DNA of 64,000 nucleotides from Arcobacteraceae bacterium (GTDB taxonomy: Bacteria; Campylobacterota; Campylobacteria; Campylobacterales; Arcobacteraceae): contig CBDCZH010000015.1 in the NCBI GenBank assembly GCA_965224485.1, positions 288,001-352,000 of the forward strand, read 5' to 3'. Numbering within the stretch: position 1 is the stretch's first letter; each line of letters begins with the position of its first letter. A program made the position numbers and the translations under genes. Under the pieces are notes generated by a model that worked only from the letters and a program-made list of their open reading frames with translations, was not told the DNA's origin and did not search any database. This document shows positions 62,439-64,000 of the stretch, one piece after another.

Positions 62439-62480
62439 TGTAAAAATTTTATTAAAAATATAATTTTTCTAATAAATGTA

Positions 62481-62801
62481 TTATAAAAATTGTACTAAAA
62501 ACATATAAAATATTGTTCCTAGAAAAATAGACACAAGATAATTTTTAAATCTTAAGTGTAAAATTGCTGTAAAAAGAACAGCAGATATCTCTTTTAATCC
62601 ATAAGGAAAGAGTGTAAAGTTTATATCTTTTATTGAATATACGATTAAAATAGTCATTATAATTGCTGGAAAATATTTTCCAACATAAGCTAAATAAGAT
62701 GGTAATTCTTTTTTAGAGAAAAATGCAAAAGGTAAAACTCTAGTAAAAAGGTTTACTAAACTCATAACGATGATAGCAAGTAAGATTTCATTATTAATCA
62801 T
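62481..62801 (-). CDS. azlD: AzlD-family branched-chain amino acid export protein
   Basis: TRVLPF, YFPAIIMTILIVY, SIFLGT. Confidence 0.85.
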   Translation of the reverse strand: MINNEILLAIIVMSLVNLFTRVLPFAFFSKKELPSYLAYVGKYFPAIIMTILIVYSIKDINFTLFPYGLKEISAVLFTAILHLRFKNYLVSIFLGTIFYMFLVQFL

Positions 62802-63429
62802 TTGTTACTCTTTTTTTAAATATAAACATAAGTAGCAAAGCTATAAAAATAGATACTATTAACATTTTATCACTAGGTATGAAAATAAGTGAAAAGATAG
62901 ATGAAGTAGCACCAATTAGGAAAACACTTGCTTTTTTTAGACTTTTATACTGTTCTAAACATAAAACAACAAATAAAGCTGTTAGAGAAAATTCCAAACC
63001 TGCAGTATTAAACTCTATGTTTGATCCTATAATAGCTCCAAGAGTTGAACCTATAAACCAATAGCTTTGATTAAAAGCAGCTAAAAAAACATAATAATAC
63101 TTCTTTTTTAAATGCTCGTCATCTTTAATTGTAGTTAAGAGAGCATAAGTTTCATCTGTAAGTGCAAAAATTAAGTATGCTTTGAATTTTCCTGTTTTTT
63201 TAAACCTTTTTAATAAAGATAATCCATAAAAACTTTGTCTCATATTTATAAAAAATGAAGCAAGAGCTATATCTATCAAACCTGCTTTTACATTAAAAAA
63301 AGATATTGCTACAAATTGAAGCGCACCTGCATAAATAAACAAAGACATTAAAGGTGCTAAATACCAAGCATAATCAAAAGAGACTAGTAATAAACCAAAA
63401 GCAAAACCTAAAACTAGGTATCCCATCAT
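62794..63429 (-). CDS. azlC: AzlC-family branched-chain amino acid export permease (true start may be further upstream)
   Basis: YAGALQF, NMRQSFYG, LTDETYA, GLEFSLTALF. Confidence 0.88.
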   Translation of the reverse strand: MMGYLVLGFAFGLLLVSFDYAWYLAPLMSLFIYAGALQFVAISFFNVKAGLIDIALASFFINMRQSFYGLSLLKRFKKTGKFKAYLIFALTDETYALLTTIKDDEHLKKKYYYVFLAAFNQSYWFIGSTLGAIIGSNIEFNTAGLEFSLTALFVVLCLEQYKSLKKASVFLIGATSSIFSLIFIPSDKMLIVSIFIALLLMFIFKKRVTND

Positions 63430-63479
63430 AACGGGAATAGATACTTCAAAGGCTTTTTTTATCTCTTTATGATAGTTGT

Positions 63480-63917
63480 TTAAGATAATAAGTTCTTGTT
63501 TTTTGGATTCTTTGTAAAAATATTATGAGATTTTTCACTCTCTTTTTCATTAAACTTCTCAACTGTGGCAACTGGATTTACAAATAATATTGCATCACCT
63601 AATGCAAGTTGATAAACACTTGAATAAGGAACACTAAGAACAGATCCAAATCCTTCAGAACCAAAACCAGCTTCAAAGGTAAAATAATCATCATATAATT
63701 TTATACTAGTATATGTATAATTAGATAATACAAAAAGCGGGAATTTTGCTAAACTCTTATACAAAGGAGCTGGAAGTTCAGGTGAAAAGCTAAGAGCTTG
63801 CAAATTTGTACTTACTGAAAACTCTAAATCTTTGTTTAAAATAAAAGAAATTGTTTGTGCAATTTGTTTTGAAACTAAATTTTTATATTCAATATCTTCA
63901 ATTATATTCTTTATCAT
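63480..63917 (-). CDS. Hypothetical protein, weak SspB-like pattern
   Basis: Clean 145-aa ORF with AGGA SD; FTFEAGFG...SVLSVPYSSVYQL segment. Confidence 0.6.
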   Translation of the reverse strand: MIKNIIEDIEYKNLVSKQIAQTISFILNKDLEFSVSTNLQALSFSPELPAPLYKSLAKFPLFVLSNYTYTSIKLYDDYFTFEAGFGSEGFGSVLSVPYSSVYQLALGDAILFVNPVATVEKFNEKESEKSHNIFTKNPKNKNLLS

Positions 63918-64000
63918 TTAATATCCTATTATCTTATTTTTATGCTATTATTAAGAATGAAAAAAGTTCTTATTTTTATATTTATTCTGCCATTTGCATT

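Noticed and set aside
80..63064. Short overlapping ORFs in the track (e.g. 80..319, 3740..3925, 13266..13541, 20287..20700, 32061..32384, 50726..51055, 59001..59237, 62879..63064)
   Set aside because: Antisense or alternate-frame shadows of well-supported genes with no independent motifs.
63495..63510. -1 frameshift at A AAA AAC fusing the upstream protein to AzlC
   Set aside because: Such heptamers are common in this AT-rich DNA, there is no stimulatory structure, and the fusion has no obvious rationale.

Overview
Very AT-rich chromosomal window from a Campylobacterota bacterium, most likely Arcobacteraceae (inferred from gene content and order: frdAB plus dynamin pair; ahpC/fdxA-ndk-yceD-rpmF-plsX-fabH). 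Most of it is housekeeping: frdAB, two dynamin-like GTPases, a ThDP enzyme/aldehyde dehydrogenase/sucCD cluster, recQ, the prpB-prpC-acnD-prpF operon with an unusual divergent regulator, hemC, dnaX, murI, an MCP, metNIQ, thyA-folA, rho and fatty-acid genes. The standout is a ~10 kb accessory island (~42.4-52.6 kb). It holds four toxin-antitoxin pairs (MNT-HEPN, RelBE, HipBA, MazEF), a Sau3AI-type R-M system with an extra nuclease-like gene, and mazF relics. These modules are interleaved with same-orientation copies of a ~590-nt non-coding element that shows compensatory base changes in several stems, G-U bias to the + strand, a pseudoknot-like subdomain and a conserved promoter-like 5' flank. 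Two related UUCG-tetraloop sRNA-like units bracket the island. Also notable are a +1 frameshift separating the DnaX C-terminal tail and a thyA with a T4-phage-like insert. All calls come from reading the sequence by eye; no searches or folding programs were run.
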